DNA of 64,000 nucleotides from Anthoceros angustus (lineage: Eukaryota > Plantae > Anthocerotophyta), in assembly GCA_010909165.1 (NCBI GenBank), contig MU008198.1:473429-537428 (forward strand). Reading direction: 5' to 3'. The notes beneath the pieces were generated by a model, which worked only from the letters and a program-made list of their open reading frames with translations, ran no database searches and had not been told where the DNA came from. Made by a program: the position numbers and the translations under genes. Position 1 is the first letter of the stretch; every line of letters begins with the position of its first letter. Below are positions 25,846 through 39,008 of the stretch, in pieces.

Positions 25846-27547
25846 TTGACACGTATATAGGGGAATTAGGGGTCTATTATGACATCCGAGAAACAAAGTT
25901 CCTTGGACACTATAAATATCCAAGCGGGTAGGAAGTCCTTGGCCTTTGGGGTTTTGTAGAAAGTTCCTTGTCGAGACCATGGTAGAAAAGGATATGAGAT
26001 AGAGCCATGCATTTGAGCCAAGGAGGATAACTTCCTTGGAATTGGGCGGGGAGGGGTTCAATTTCTCGAATGTCACGCAGAGGGCTATATATACATGTCG
26101 CTTATAATATATAGAATGAGATTTGATGATCGGGATCATCGAGGAGGACACTGGCGCACATCGAGATGGGGCGAACTAGGGACGGATATCAACCGGATTA
26201 TCACGAGAAGGAAAAGTCGATTCGTGCATAAGGCAGACCATATGTCGAGGAAAGGAATCCTCTATAAGCTAGGACTAGACAAAGTAGTTCGAAGGTGTTT
26301 GAGGGCGAACAATTGCAGGCGGAGGCCCTCTACATACTAAGGAGGCGGGGGACATTATTCGCACAAGTGATGCGAAGAAGATTTTGAGCAGTTTTTGGTG
26401 GTCCACTATGCAAAGGGACATGGAAATTTATCAGAGCTGTGATGCGTGTCAAAGGATAGGAGACCACATCTCCCTAAGGGCACATCTCCTAAGAGAACGT
26501 TCCTCCAAGCCGAGCATGGCCCCTATGCTCTTCAACATGGGTAGGGAACAACATCCTACCCCAAGGATGCCGAATTGGAGTTCTTACATGCTCATGTCCA
26601 ACACACCCAAGCTCCCTGAGCACATCACACACCTTGAATATATGGTACTCGTTCCCTAGCGAGCTCCTCACCAACCTCCTTAGCAACATTTCTCCTTAGT
26701 GAACTCCTCTCCAAATCTCCCTTGATTGACCTCGCTGCCCAATTCTCGAGGCCACCACGATGGCCCCTTTCACATTTGCTTGCAGCCCAAATACAAATTT
26801 CGCCTTCCTCAAGTGAATCCCCATCGCGATTCCTTCACCATGTTGGCCCGGATCCCCAAAGCTCACTCATAACTGGCTTGCAACAAGACCTAGGCCCCTC
26901 CTAGCATTTGCGACCACACCTCGTAATCATGTCAATTCCACCAGCTTGGTTGTGCGAGCAAAAGGCAAAGGCTTGCCTTCTTCACAATTCACACCCTTCG
27001 AGCCCACAACCAAGACTCCACTCACATTGCAAGGTCATCACCTCCTAAGTTCCACTAATCACAAGCTCCAGTTCATGGCCTCACGCTTAGCTCACAAGGC
27101 ACAAATTTCTCCCAAAATCCCAACTTCCGTGACACTCTATCTTGGCTTCTCCACACCTTAGCTCCAAAAGTTGAGCTCTTGCCTCTGACACCCACGATAA
27201 CGCCGCGCCTCTTCCAACTTGCATGCCTTACAATTAGCCTGCTACTTCCAAAGACACACTCCTTGCAGCTCCTAGCTCCTTCCAACTATGTGCCCAGAAC
27301 TTCCAAGCCGCCTTTAAGCACCGCTCGCCAAACATACATTCCTATTTTATCTACTTAAACTAGGGGTTCCAAATCAATCACTAATTCCCTTTGCACATAT
27401 AGTCTATGGGGCAAGATTCTACCCTACCCGCTCATCTATCTAGGCTTGAGAAACTTCCAAATTCCTACCCTTGTCCCTAACTTTCTGGATGGCTCAAGAA
27501 GAAACACTCGTTACTCACCGATCACTTTGAATAAAGATTGAACCAAA

Positions 27548-28694
27548 ATGAACCGAATCGGATCAAAATGACAAAGGGACCCAAACTTTTGCGTTGCACG
27601 CTCACTCCATGAATAACTCAAGGTTATCTTCAAGTGTACTGCGAATGATGAAAGTATTGCTAATTTGTGTGCCGCAATGCAACGAGGCCTACCAAGCAAG
27701 ATTTTACTTTCATTTATTTCCACCGAGTACCTAAACTAGTTAATGGACAACAATGATGGATATTTGGGGTCGTTGTCATGGGTCGTAAATACATTATGAA
27801 GGAAACAAAATCATCGAAGGATCCAAATAGTTGGGTGATGGATTTGTATTATCAATATCTTTTCAAAGGTTAGGCGAGAAGTGATATGGGATACGATTTC
27901 AAAGTTGAACTAGTATGTCGACACCTTATATATGGATGAAATTCATATTCGCATTTAGATTTAGATTCGGATATTTGGGACTGGCTTCCACCACTAGAAG
28001 CTAGCTAGTTGTTGATGAGGAGGAAAGTGATCATTTTTATTATTTCTAGCGCATGAGCTGGACGATGATTCACGTGACATGTTTCATTTATATGTATATT
28101 CTTTAGCCATAGGTCAATGGACGGTTCAAGAATTCAACCAAAAAGAAACATAGGTGACATGTTCATCGAATCGTAAGTCACTATCGAGATGGAGTTAATA
28201 TTACTTTGATTGCACATGTTGTAGACGACAATTATGATGTATTATTTGAGCTGGTGTCATTTGATAATGAGATAATTACAAGTCGCAAACCTTTATGAGT
28301 GGAAACCCTCTTGAGCCTTTAAATTTACATCCATATGGTGAAGTACGGAAATTGGATTTGTTGCCCACAATGGACACTTTTATGGTATGGATGGTAAAAG
28401 AAGGGTAAGAAGTTTTCTATCGCCATCTAAAAGCGTAACCAACAAGCGCTCAAGTGGGAAAGTTTAATCACGAGGACTTTGCAATACAAAGCCTATTTGC
28501 ACGTTGTTCCACCTAGTCAATGGAAGTGTTTGGAATTGGCGACTTTATATATTTACATTTTTTGTAGTTAAGAAATCGAAAAGACGGAAAAGATGATAGG
28601 AGTTGTGTACATTACCTTATCTCGCAACAATATAATTTACAATGGATGGAGAATTGTGTTTCAAGATGAAATTGTCAACCCCATGAGGACATGA
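27548..28694 (+). pseudogene. F-box/F-box-associated-like gene, unit 4
   Basis: Collinear with the other copies. Confidence 0.45.
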
Positions 28695-29582
28695 AGCCTA
28701 GAAGGACCAACTTCCATTTTGGGGTGTTCAAAATTTTTCATGTTTGTTCATCATCTAGAAATGATCTACTTGACAAAAGTCTAAATAAGTATACTAGAAT
28801 TTAGATACAAAACCGATTCTTACAACATAGATAAATCAAATAGCGATTCTTGAAAAGAAATCTTTTTAGTCCACGGACAATGTAATCTCGAAAGAAATTA
28901 TATCTTGTTGTATCTTTCATTGCTTATTTGTCCCCTTAAATCGAGGTTGACAACGGGGCTAGTCCCTTCGAGGTCCAGAGAGAGTTGTTCCATCACCCCT
29001 TGTAGATGGGGACTTCCTATCTCTTGCATATTTATAAAGTCTCCACTCTCTCTATTTTTGTCCAGATTTTTCACGAATGTATCTTTACCTTTTTTTTACT
29101 TTAAATTTTACATACATTGATTCACATGAATTCCATAGCTGAATAATTGTAGAAATAAAAATAATATAATACTATTTTATTTCCTTTTCGACGCATGAAA
29201 ACTAAAGTGCCTCAACAAAGTGAACAAAGTTTGAGTGCCTAAGGTAGGAACATAGTCGGAGTGGCGGTAAAATATGGACAACTAAAAATGCACGTCAAAT
29301 TAGGTTCTTATTGTCATTTCCACGATGCGGCAAAGTTAGGTTTCTCATAGCATGGCACAAATGATATGATGACATGGACGGTGATTCTGGTATGGGTAGG
29401 GGTACGCAAAATGTGGTGAACTCAAACTTTGAGGCACGCCACGCTGCAGCATGAACACAAAGAGTGTGGTGATATGGATTGCCTCGATAGCATAGCGCCA
29501 TGCACGGCAACAAGGGCGGCCACCGCGCTCTATATGAGTGGAGCTCACGAATGGAGCGACCTCGGGATGGCATGAGCTTGCA

Positions 29583-29931
29583 TCGCAAGTCCTCATTTCG
29601 CTACTATATCTACCCAAAGTTATCAACAAATCCTCGAAGTTATTTTATGAATATAAATACAAGTTATTTAGAGATACTAATTATAAGATAATAATTATTA
29701 AATAGAAAATAGCTGATAAATAGGATCATTGTCTAAATAATAACCCCTTAAAACCAACTAGAAAACCCCAACTAACACGGTACCAACAAACCCAACGCCT
29801 AACCTATGAAAACCAAGAACAAGTAGGTAGTTCTAGAGGATTCTGGACCCTTCTTGGTGACCAAAAGCCCGTCTACATAATGTACAAGAACAAGTAAAGA
29901 GGCCCAATTTCCAAAGCTCTCCGCGGTAGCA
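29583..29931 (+). repeat. 5' LTR of Gypsy element 1 (first ~60 nt read as host-like hybrid sequence)
   Basis: ~29640-29931 aligns closely with ~35343-35642. Confidence 0.85.
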
Positions 29932-32900
29932 TCTTGGTATCGAGCCCACCCATCATCCGGGATCAAGGATCTTAGATCGGCAGATCAACTTAGGCTAAAT
30001 CATAGAGACATGTGTGAGAATCCTTTGACACATGAGCAACAAAGGACCAAACAAGGGAAAGATTCTAGAATTTGAGGTCATCAAAGCAATCATTCCATTC
30101 AGTGAACTCGAGTACAATCTTCAAGACCTTGTTGACCCGCTGTCGGTAGTTGAAGGTACCGCATGTGTGGTGAGAGAAATCCACACAAGAGCGGGCAAGA
30201 ACTCCAAGGGAGTGATTACCGAATCATTACGTAATCCGGCCAAGCAAAATGAGTGATCATGTCCACCTTTTGAGGTGGATCGCATGATCTCTAGTGGAAG
30301 CGATGAGGATCACCCTTGAAGGGATTGGGGACCGGTCCGGCCGGCGCGCCAACAGCCAACAATTCCGAGGGCGGGCGACTCACCGACATCCATGCGTTGG
30401 GAAAAGAGCCCGTGGAGACTAAGGGCAAAAGGCGACGCCATGAACTCTTGAGGAGGCTTCACATCCAGCTAGGAGCGGAAGCCCAACAAGAGGACTTTGC
30501 AACCGAATTCAAAGAAGGCTGAGCTCAGCTTGCACCAATTACATAACCTACGGCGTCCCGTAAACGGGTGGGACCAGCCACAACGGAACTCGATAACTGC
30601 AAACACCAAGCTCAAGATCACCAAGGAGAGTTGACCGAGGTTGCGATTTTGCTTTTGGAAGGAGAACCCAAGTGGTTGAACACACTGTGAGGAGTTGCGG
30701 CATCATTCTCGTGCCAAGGCCAGCTGGAGAAGGTTGAGGAATCCATTGGCAAGCTTGAGATGCAAGTGGGGAGGCCAGTCTTGGAGAGGCTGTTCTGCTA
30801 CTGAGCCATCACCCCTAGGCGCTCGTCCATCCCCACCACGCCAAGAAACTCTGTGCCCACCCAAGTTGCTGATGGCACACAACACTCAACACCCCTTGCC
30901 ACATTGAGGCCTTTGACTCACGAATCAGATGGAAGGAGAAGGGAGACATTCACCAACCAATCCAAGCGACCGTGAGTTGAGTGTTGAAGATGGGGAGCGA
31001 GGAAACTTGTTGTGGAGCTCCAACGCGAGAAGGACAACAAAGAAATTCAGGCCATGGTGACGGCCCTTGCCTCATGAGGTATGAGCACCGGAACACTCCA
31101 GGGAGGTCGAGTGGAGAGGAGCAAGGAAGAGAAGAACATCACTTCAAACCCAAACCCCAACTCGACAAGGAGCTACAACGCAAGATCAAGATGCCATTTG
31201 ATGGAAGTACAAAGGATGCTCAAAGCGTATATGATTGGTTAGACAAACTTGACAAATACCTCCGCTTTCCTCGACAAGGATGATCTGCCAAAGATCAATG
31301 CGTGATGTGTTTGGAAGGGTCCTATCTTCTAGGAAAAGCAGTTGATCCGGGCATGGAGTCCCCAATTTACTCGCCGCCTTCCGGCAAGTTTTCCTTGAGC
31401 ACTTCGCGGAACCACCGTAAAGACTTGTATCGCAATTCAGAAGATATACCAACAAGGATCTCGAGTATCTGACAAATTCCTTCAACTCACACTTGATATG
31501 CCCAGCGAAGGAGGTATATGGAAAAATTTATCGATAAGTTTGAGTTAAGAGCGATGTGAATCGACAAACCCAAACTCGTGGAGGCGATGAAGGCCGCCAT
31601 GAACTATGGCACAAACAAATACAAGCATCTCTCTGCAGCACCTTCCAAGCCTAAGTGGAACAAGTCACCAACGCCGGAGAAAAACCGACGCTCAAAATTC
31701 TCACCGGCGAGCGGAGGAGTACAAGAAGGCAAGAAAGTGCTTCACCAGTGGATCGATCACGGCTCCAAGTCTGTCCCTTCCGTAAGGACTTCATTAGTCA
31801 AGTTGAAGGAAACAGCAAGTCTACTGTGAATAGCAACTCTGCGACCCAAGAGTGGGAAGGCAATCTCCATCACGAGGTTAGAGAACGGCCAGTTTATTTT
31901 CAGCCATGCATGCAAGTTGTGTTCAAACGATGTCAACTTGCTCATGTCCCAATCAAGTTAGAGATCGGCCTATCGAGTCCGCGCCACGTGGTTGCTTGAC
32001 TGGGCTAGCCACCATTATGTGTCCAAGGCGGCGAGAGCAGCCCGCAATCCAGAAAACCGGTCAGAGCAGGACGCCTAGGTGAAAAGAAAACCGAAGAACA
32101 AAGGTGGAGGCGAGCTTACCTTTCCGGTGGCTTCAAGGAGGTCCTCAAGTTGATGATGTCATCTCTTTGCCATGATCGATCATAGGCAAGCCATGGTTAG
32201 CAAGTCATTCTAGCATGCTAGAAGTCAATCGACGGACAATGTTAGGCGCCTGCATGACAATCACACATATGTCATGCAAGGAGAGCAATACATCCGACAA
32301 GCAAGTCATTGCCTCGCCTCAATAAAGCAATCGCCCATGGCGATTCATATAGCAAAGCTGAAAAAGTCGCCTTAGAAGGTACCCCTAATCTAGGCAGAGA
32401 CACAAGCTCATGAGGACCGCTACCACGGTCCATGAAGGATTACTCAGAATACAAGGACGTGTTTGCAGGCCCAGAGGCCTCCTAGAAGACATGTGGACCA
32501 CTCCATCGAGCTCCCGCCACAAGCCGTTAACATCCACACAGACATCCGCTCGAGAATGAAGAGATAAAAACAAGTTGATGAGTTCTTGCAAAGGGGTTTG
32601 TCACACCTTGTCACCCTTTGAGCTCCAGTTTTGGTTGCGGGGGATGGAGGGTGGCGACTGCATCGACTACCGGGTCTCAACCGCACAAACAAGAATGTCT
32701 ACCGATGCCGGGATAGATGAAATCTGACACGTATGGGGCTAGGTCTCACCAAGATAGATCTGTGTCCGTTTCCATCGATCCGGATCAAAGAAGGAGATGA
32801 ACACAAAACATCGTACAGCATGGGCATTTGAATTCAAGGTGATGCCCTTGCTTACAAACGCTGCCACCTTCCAATGTCTCATGCAAGAAATCTTACGACC

Positions 32901-35268
32901 CTTCTGGGACATGGAGTTGAGGTATTTCTAGACGATATCCTTGTGTACACGATTCAAGAACACACCACCACCTTAGACGGTGCTTGACTGCTGCGGGCTA
33001 ACAAGTTCTTGGCCAAGAGAAGTAAGTGTGTGTTCATGAGAGAAGAGTGTGAATACCTTGGTCATATTATCGTACTGGTATTCAAGTGGACTCCGCAAGG
33101 TGAAGGCGGTCATGGATCGCCATTACCCCAAGACATCGCCCAACCCGGGATTTTTGGGTATGGCGGTTTCTATCGGCGTTTCATTAAGGGTTTCAGCAAT
33201 TGCTGTCCCCATGATGCCCTTAGGAATTGAGCAAGTCCTTACACCTAGGGCGGCACTTGCCTTTTTGAGCGCTTGAAGCAAGCTCTTAGCTCAAACAGGC
33301 TTGCGCGGACCATGCACCCTATACAATCCACACCGTGCGCCGGATTTCGCTATGGGAGCAAATCCGCACAAGATGGCAGCTATTGCATATGAGTCAAGGA
33401 ACTAGGGTGCATGCTAAACTATGCAAAGGCACGATAAGGAAATGCTTGCTATTACACATGCTCTCAAAGTCCGGCGCATTACTGTTAGGGTCGAAAGTGG
33501 TGTGTCATCGATCACCATTCCTTGCAAGATTTCTCTCACCCAACCTCAATGCCGTGCAACAGAGTATTTCGACTTCAACCCGAAATTGAGATGTGTCCGC
33601 CCTTCAAATGTAGTTCGACGCCTTGAGTAGGCGTGCTTGCACACTTATGACAACCCAAACAAATTCATGAAGGGATGGATTCCCCATGACCCACATATTT
33701 CTACAAGCAATTACTAGCAGATGCTATGGCGGAGTTCCCACAAAGACTTACCTAGTACTCTCGGGGATGCCTACATTAAGGGGAAGATTGGTCATCCTTC
33801 ACAACAATGAGTGAAACAATCCATTTTGCATGATATGCATGATTCACCTATTTCCGCCATCCGGTATTGATAAAACTTATGCCAAAGTCCGGAGCATTTT
33901 TATTGGGAAGGTATGCGTTGATTGTATAGAGTGGGTGCGCTCTTGTCGACCTCAACAAGCCAAGCCAAGTCATGAGAAACAACTGTTTGCTCCTACCTCT
34001 ACAAATCTCAAAGGGTCGCTGTGTCGATTTCCATGGATTTTATAACACATTTGCCAGTGCACTGCCTGGAAAGGATAGCATCCGGGTGGTGATGATAGGT
34101 TCTCCAAGGTCGCCATTTTATTCCACCTCCACTATCATGCCTCCAAGTTAGCGGATATTTATTCGAGATCTTCACACGGCCCCGAGGATATTGTGTCCGA
34201 CCGAGATACCAAGTTCACATCCGGATTTTGGCGGGCCTTCATCGAAACCACAGGGATCAAGCAGAACATGTCGAAGATATCACCCGTAATCCGACGGCAA
34301 ACCGAGAAGCAAAACCGTTTTAGAGGACATGCTCTCACTTCACACATGAAAAGCAAACAAGGTGGGAGGAACTCCTTCCCGTGCTCGAGTATGCCTACAA
34401 TTCTTGAAACATGCGCCAGGGGTTACACCATTCAAGCCGCTCTATGGGAGACTCCTCCACCCCCGGCTTATGGCCCAGCAATGAGAAGTGGCGCACAAGT
34501 GGCGTAAGACATTTGGCATGAGGTGAAGTTGGCTAAGGAGAAATTGCAAGTCGCCCAAGACCGAGCTGCAAGTCGGCCAACAAACGACGCCGGAGGTCGG
34601 CTACAACATTGGACAACCGGTGGTTGCGAGTGAAACCTCACGGTACCACGAACTCATCCATAAGCGTGTTGGCTTTGACGGTGGCTATTCGTGTGTCACG
34701 ACGAGTCAACCTCACGCTATCGCTTGACCCGGCAATTGAAGCTGCAGACATTCCATGTGTCCTTCAAACCCGTCATTGACGCCCACCAACCTCAGCACCC
34801 ACATGCCTCGCTCAGCCCACGCCGATCGAGCTTATTCCATCCGCCCATATGCCATTAAGCCCTTTCCCGGTTGGTCACCACGCACGACCGTATCGCCCGA
34901 TCCCACCAGCTCGACCATTCCTGCCAACCCCAACTGCCCAAGAATCACCAGATCGGGCCAGGCGCAACACGCCCACAACTCGGATCCGCTTTTCCTACCA
35001 TGTTACACGTGGCACCACACCATGCGGGCGATGCCCAACCCGCCAGAGGCCTCCGCCTCACTCACCCTTTGATCCGACCACAGCCTGATGACCTTCAACC
35101 GCTCGTCCCTCCCATGCTCCAACAAATTGCTTTTGCAGCCGGGACGAACTGATTTACTGGCCACCGATTTTTAGTGGCATGGAGTGGTGAAGAACGATAA
35201 ACTTTTTACAATTTCCTCATTTGTGCACAATGGCAGCAGCCAGGACCGGCCACCCTTAGTGGGGAGAA

Positions 35269-35642
35269 TGAAACGAGCGCTCTTACCAAAGACGGAACGC
35301 CACTTCCAGATAAACGGTGGTAAGAACCGCCTAGAAGGTACCTATTTTAGTGAATATAAATACAAGTTATTTAGAGATACTAATTATAAGATAATAATTA
35401 TTAAATAGAAAATAGCTGATAAATAGGATCATTGTCTCAGAATATAATAACGATTAAACCAACTAGAAAAACCCCAACTAACACGGTACCAACAAACCCA
35501 ACGCCTAACCTATGAAAACCAAGAACAAGTAGGTAGTTCTAGAGCGGGACTCGGATGGTCTTGGCGTGACCAAAAGCCCGTCTACATAATGTACAAGAAC
35601 AAGTAAAGATCCAATTCTCCGAAGTCTCTCCGCGCGGTAGCA
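35269..35642 (+). repeat. 3' LTR of Gypsy element 1
   Basis: Begins tgaaacgagc directly after the PPT and ends gtagca before TSD ttgca. Confidence 0.9.
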
Positions 35643-36372
35643 TTGCATCGTGCAAGTCCCTCATTTCGCACTCATATCTAGCACCAAAAGTTTGCCAACA
35701 AAGCGATCCTCGCCCAAGCTCCTTTAAATTTGCAAATTTATACATGAAGCTAATCGCACCATCCCGGCAAACGCTTGAAAGAGGTCGACGAATGTACGTC
35801 CTATTGGAGTGATGCCCCTTTAGCTGCATGATGATCTAGGGCCCTTTACCCTTTCCTCACCATATCCTACAATCACCACATGTCCACCACATCCTTCCCG
35901 GCCATAGACATGGGCATCATGTATGAAGCTTCTTCCCTTGGTACATAGCACCTAATTGTCGACGACACGCACACAAGGCCCACACCTATAGGTGAGTATC
36001 GATACTTTGTATTTTATATTTTTATAACTTAAATAGTTAAATACAAAAATATAAAATTTGATATATATAGTAAATATATTTGCAAGTAACAAATAATACA
36101 TGCCGCATGGAGAAGAAAATAAAAGGGCTTTTATTAAAGGAGAAGAGATGGGGTAAGCCCATCTACCTTTCAAAGGCTAACACTAGCTAGGGACCTCAAG
36201 GGTCCGTGTAAGCAAGCAACTAAGCTCGAATCTAAAATCTATGGCTCTGCAATATCATGACTAAGTAGGTTTTAGAGGATGTGAGCACGCTTTGGTGGCT
36301 CGATTCACGTATGAAAACGGTGTGCCACAGGATCACCTGGACCAATCGAGGTGTCACCATGATCACCTGTTA

Positions 36373-36590
36373 TCATTGTCGTCCTAAGGATGCCTCGTGC
36401 GAGCGCCCGTTGGAGAGCAATGGACACATGTTGTGGAAAGAAAGCTGTGAAGTCCAAGAGCTAGGAAGCCCCACACCATGTATGTGACCGTGAAAGGCTT
36501 GAGCGCAGCACTTGATAAATTTATCAAAGTCCTCAGCCAATGTGCCATACATTTGGAAAGCGAGCAAAATGAAGAGCTGGTGCACTTCAT
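36373..36590 (-). mobile_element. CRE/R2-group RLE endonuclease C-terminal relic (best copy; also ~23820-24040, ~42830-43030, ~49353-49535, partial in units 2 and 3)
   Basis: HQLFILLAFQMYGTLAEDFDKFIKCCAQAF..GVGLPSS then, after a frameshift, AFFPQHVSIALQRALARGIL. This matches the RLE tail pattern F.P.A.E..G......FL ... QR.S.ALQR..A. Confidence 0.65.
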
Positions 36591-38370
36591 GTTGTCACAC
36601 TTAGTTTCAGAGACTTGATCACCACGGACGAGGTACATGATGAGATGAGCCCTAATTGACCTTGCTTGACCGCATGGAGAAGCACACGGCCACCACGTCT
36701 CACGTGAAAAAGATATGGCGTGTTGCAAATGGCATTCCATAGTTCCTCATATTCATCTTCTTGTGGAGTAAGAATGTCTTGAGTGAATGTCTTAAGGACG
36801 TCTTCTTCATATTTGTTTTCCTCTTCAATAAAAATATCTTTCTCATATTCATTTTCTTGCTCTATAAAAATATCTAAGTTCTCCTCATATTGGTTTACTT
36901 CTTCTAAGAGAAATTCTTCGTTCTCATATTCATTTTTTCTTCATAAAAATGTACCTAGACCTAAGATGCGTAGAAATGTCCTCGGCATATTGGTTTACCT
37001 CTTGAGTAGAAATGTCCTCCTCATATTCGTCTTGAGTAAAATGTATTGCTCATATTCGTGTTCTTCACTAAAAATATGCTTGTCGTTATAATCGATTTCT
37101 TCTTCATTTTCCTTGTAGTAGTTTCTTCTTCATCTTCTTTATATTCTTTTCTTCATCATTTTCCTTATAGTTATTCCCTCTTCAGCAAAAATATTTTTGC
37201 ATAATCTTCTTCCTCTTGTTAGAAATATTCCTCATCATCATCTTCATCCTCACCAAGAATATCTTCGTCATTAGTGAAGGAGTTGCTACATTCAATTTCT
37301 TCATACCTTGGACCTTGACGATTTTTTCATGTCTTCCACATCAAGATGAATGTCTTGCTCATATTTGCTTTCTTTGTCTTGAACTATTATGCTCATACTC
37401 ATTTTCCTCTTCCTCTTCCTCATTTTCTACATAATCTTCTACATAATCTTCTTCTTCTTCTTCTACATAATCTTCTTCTTCTTCTTCTTCTTCTACATAA
37501 TCTTCTTCTTCTTCTTCTTCTTCTTCTTCTTCTTCTTCTTCATCACTTAGAAAAATTCCTCATAATTGTCTTTTGTACTAAGAATGTCTTCGTCTCACAA
37601 AGTCACCACACTCAATTCCAAGATGTTTTGGAAGTATGGCACTAATTTTGTTGCTCCACAAGGGATCTAGTTTGAAAATATAGCGACATTTTGAAGGACT
37701 TCCCAATATATAGTGCAGTTACTTTTTAATTGTAGGACGATTTCTCGTCGTGAAAGGAATCAATTTAAAGTCTACTTGCAATTGCAAAAATTTGTTTCAA
37801 TGATCCTCTTGACCAAAGTCTGCATCTTTTACAGATGACCTAACGATATATCTGTAGATAGAAGAGATCTTGTGAGATGATTTTGAGCAATTTTGGCCTT
37901 CTCTTTTAAATTAGTTGCGAACAAGTTCTTGTGACTTGTATCTCCAAGTGATTGGAATTGTTTAAGGTCATCATAAGCGTAAAAGATATAACTTGATTCT
38001 ACGGTTTAGAGGACAAAGAAGCACTTTGTCAAACTTTTCAAACAAGCTTTTAAAAGTTTGTGGAGCGGAAAAGTTTGGTCACTAAGTTTTGGCAAAACAC
38101 GAGACAATTTGGGGACCAAGGCGAAGGTTACGGTAGGGAAGTTTTTGCAGATGGATGAAGGGAGGATGACTACAATTCGTAGGAAGTAGGGGATTTGTAG
38201 GCGTCCGAGCTAGCGTAATCGAGTTTCGAGGCAGGTGATAGTAGGTAAGTCGTTGTGGGACGTCCGTAGGTGGTCCGGACTTGGTTAATTGAGAGAACTG
38301 AGGATGTCCTAGACTTAGCCGTTAACGGGTAGAAAGGAGGCAGTAGAGTAGGATATGTTAGAAAACCCAT
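36587..38370 (-). CDS. Orphan protein, ~595 codons by cross-copy consensus: N-terminal domain plus long Glu/Asp/Tyr repeat region (unit 5)
   Basis: Consensus MGFLTYPT..RLQIPYFLRIVVILPSSICKNFPTV..SVPQTFKSLFEKFDKVLLCPL..SSYIFYAYDDLKQFQSLGDTSHKNL..KEKAKIAQNHLTRSLLS..DFKLIPFTTR..SPSKCRYIFKLDPLWSNKISAILPKHLGIECG.., then (EEEEEDYV)n, NEYEHNSS, EVNQYEENLDIFIEQENEYEKDIFIEEENKYEEDV, EDEYEELWNAICNTPYLFHVRR. Breaks fall mostly at copy-specific positions or homopolymers. Start and stop are approximate. Confidence 0.55.
37427..37545 (-). repeat. (GAA)n-GATTATGTA compound microsatellite encoding (E)nDYV; also at ~8183, 12213, 18408, 24881, 43896, 52249
   Basis: Plus-strand ctacataat(ctt)n modules; about 4-5 per copy and about 9 in unit 7. 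Confidence 0.95.
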
Positions 38371-38662
38371 TTGATACACATATATAGGGGGAATTAGGGG
38401 TCTATTATGACATCCGAGAAACAAAGTTCCTTCGACTTCGACTATAAATATCCAAGCGGGTAGGAAGTCCTTGGCCTTTGGGGTTTCGGTAGAAAGTTCC
38501 TTGTCGAGACCATGGTAGAAAAAGGATATGAGATAGAGCCATGCATTTCATGAGCCAAGGAGGATAACTTCCTTGGAATTGGGAGGAGGGGTTCAATTTC
38601 TCGAATGTCACGCAGAGGGCTATATATACATGTCGATTATGATATATAGAAGATGAGATTTG

Positions 38663-39008
38663 ATGATCGGGATCATCGAGGAGGACACGTGGCGCACATC
38701 GAGATGGGGCGCAACTAGGGACCGGATACCAACCGGATTATCACGAGAAGGAAAAGTATTCGTGCATAAGGCGGCACCATCTTGTCAGGAAAGGAATCCT
38801 CTATAAGCTAGGACTAGACAAAGTAGTTCAAGGTGTTTGGAGGCGAACAAATTGCGTGGTGGCGGAGGCCCTCTACATACTAAGGAGGCGGGGACATTAT
38901 TCACAAGTGACGAAGAAGATTTTGACTGCAGGCTTTTGGTGGTCCACTATGCAAAGGGACATGGAAATTTATCGGGAGGCTGATGCGTGTCAAAGGATAG
39001 GGAGACCA
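38663..39008 (+). mobile_element. Isolated Gypsy RNaseH-integrase linker and zf-H2C2 fragment (also ~9427, 11020, 13411, 19678, 26125, 45160, 53596)
   Basis: Consensus RKGILYKLGLDKVVRRCL..ALHTKEAGGHYSAQVT.KKILTAGFWWSTMQRDMEIY..SCDACQRIGRP (HHCC motif). No DDE core, RT or LTR is attached. Confidence 0.85.

Larger units (their letters stand above)
29583..35642 (+). mobile_element. Ty3/Gypsy LTR retrotransposon (chromovirus-like), full length, inserted in unit 4
   Basis: 5' LTR ends cggtagca at 29931, followed by Met-type PBS tggtatc(a)gagc. Gag WLDKLDKYL; RT fragments (RIKEGDEHKT, EFKVMP, FLDDILVY, SKCVF..ECEYLGH); RNase H (HDKEMLAI); integrase (SMDFI, DIVSDRDTKFTSGFW, TFHVS); chromodomain-like RFLVAWSG. 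PPT ttagtggggagaa; 3' LTR 35269-35642 (TG..CA); TSD ttgca at 29578-29582 and 35643-35647. Confidence 0.93.
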
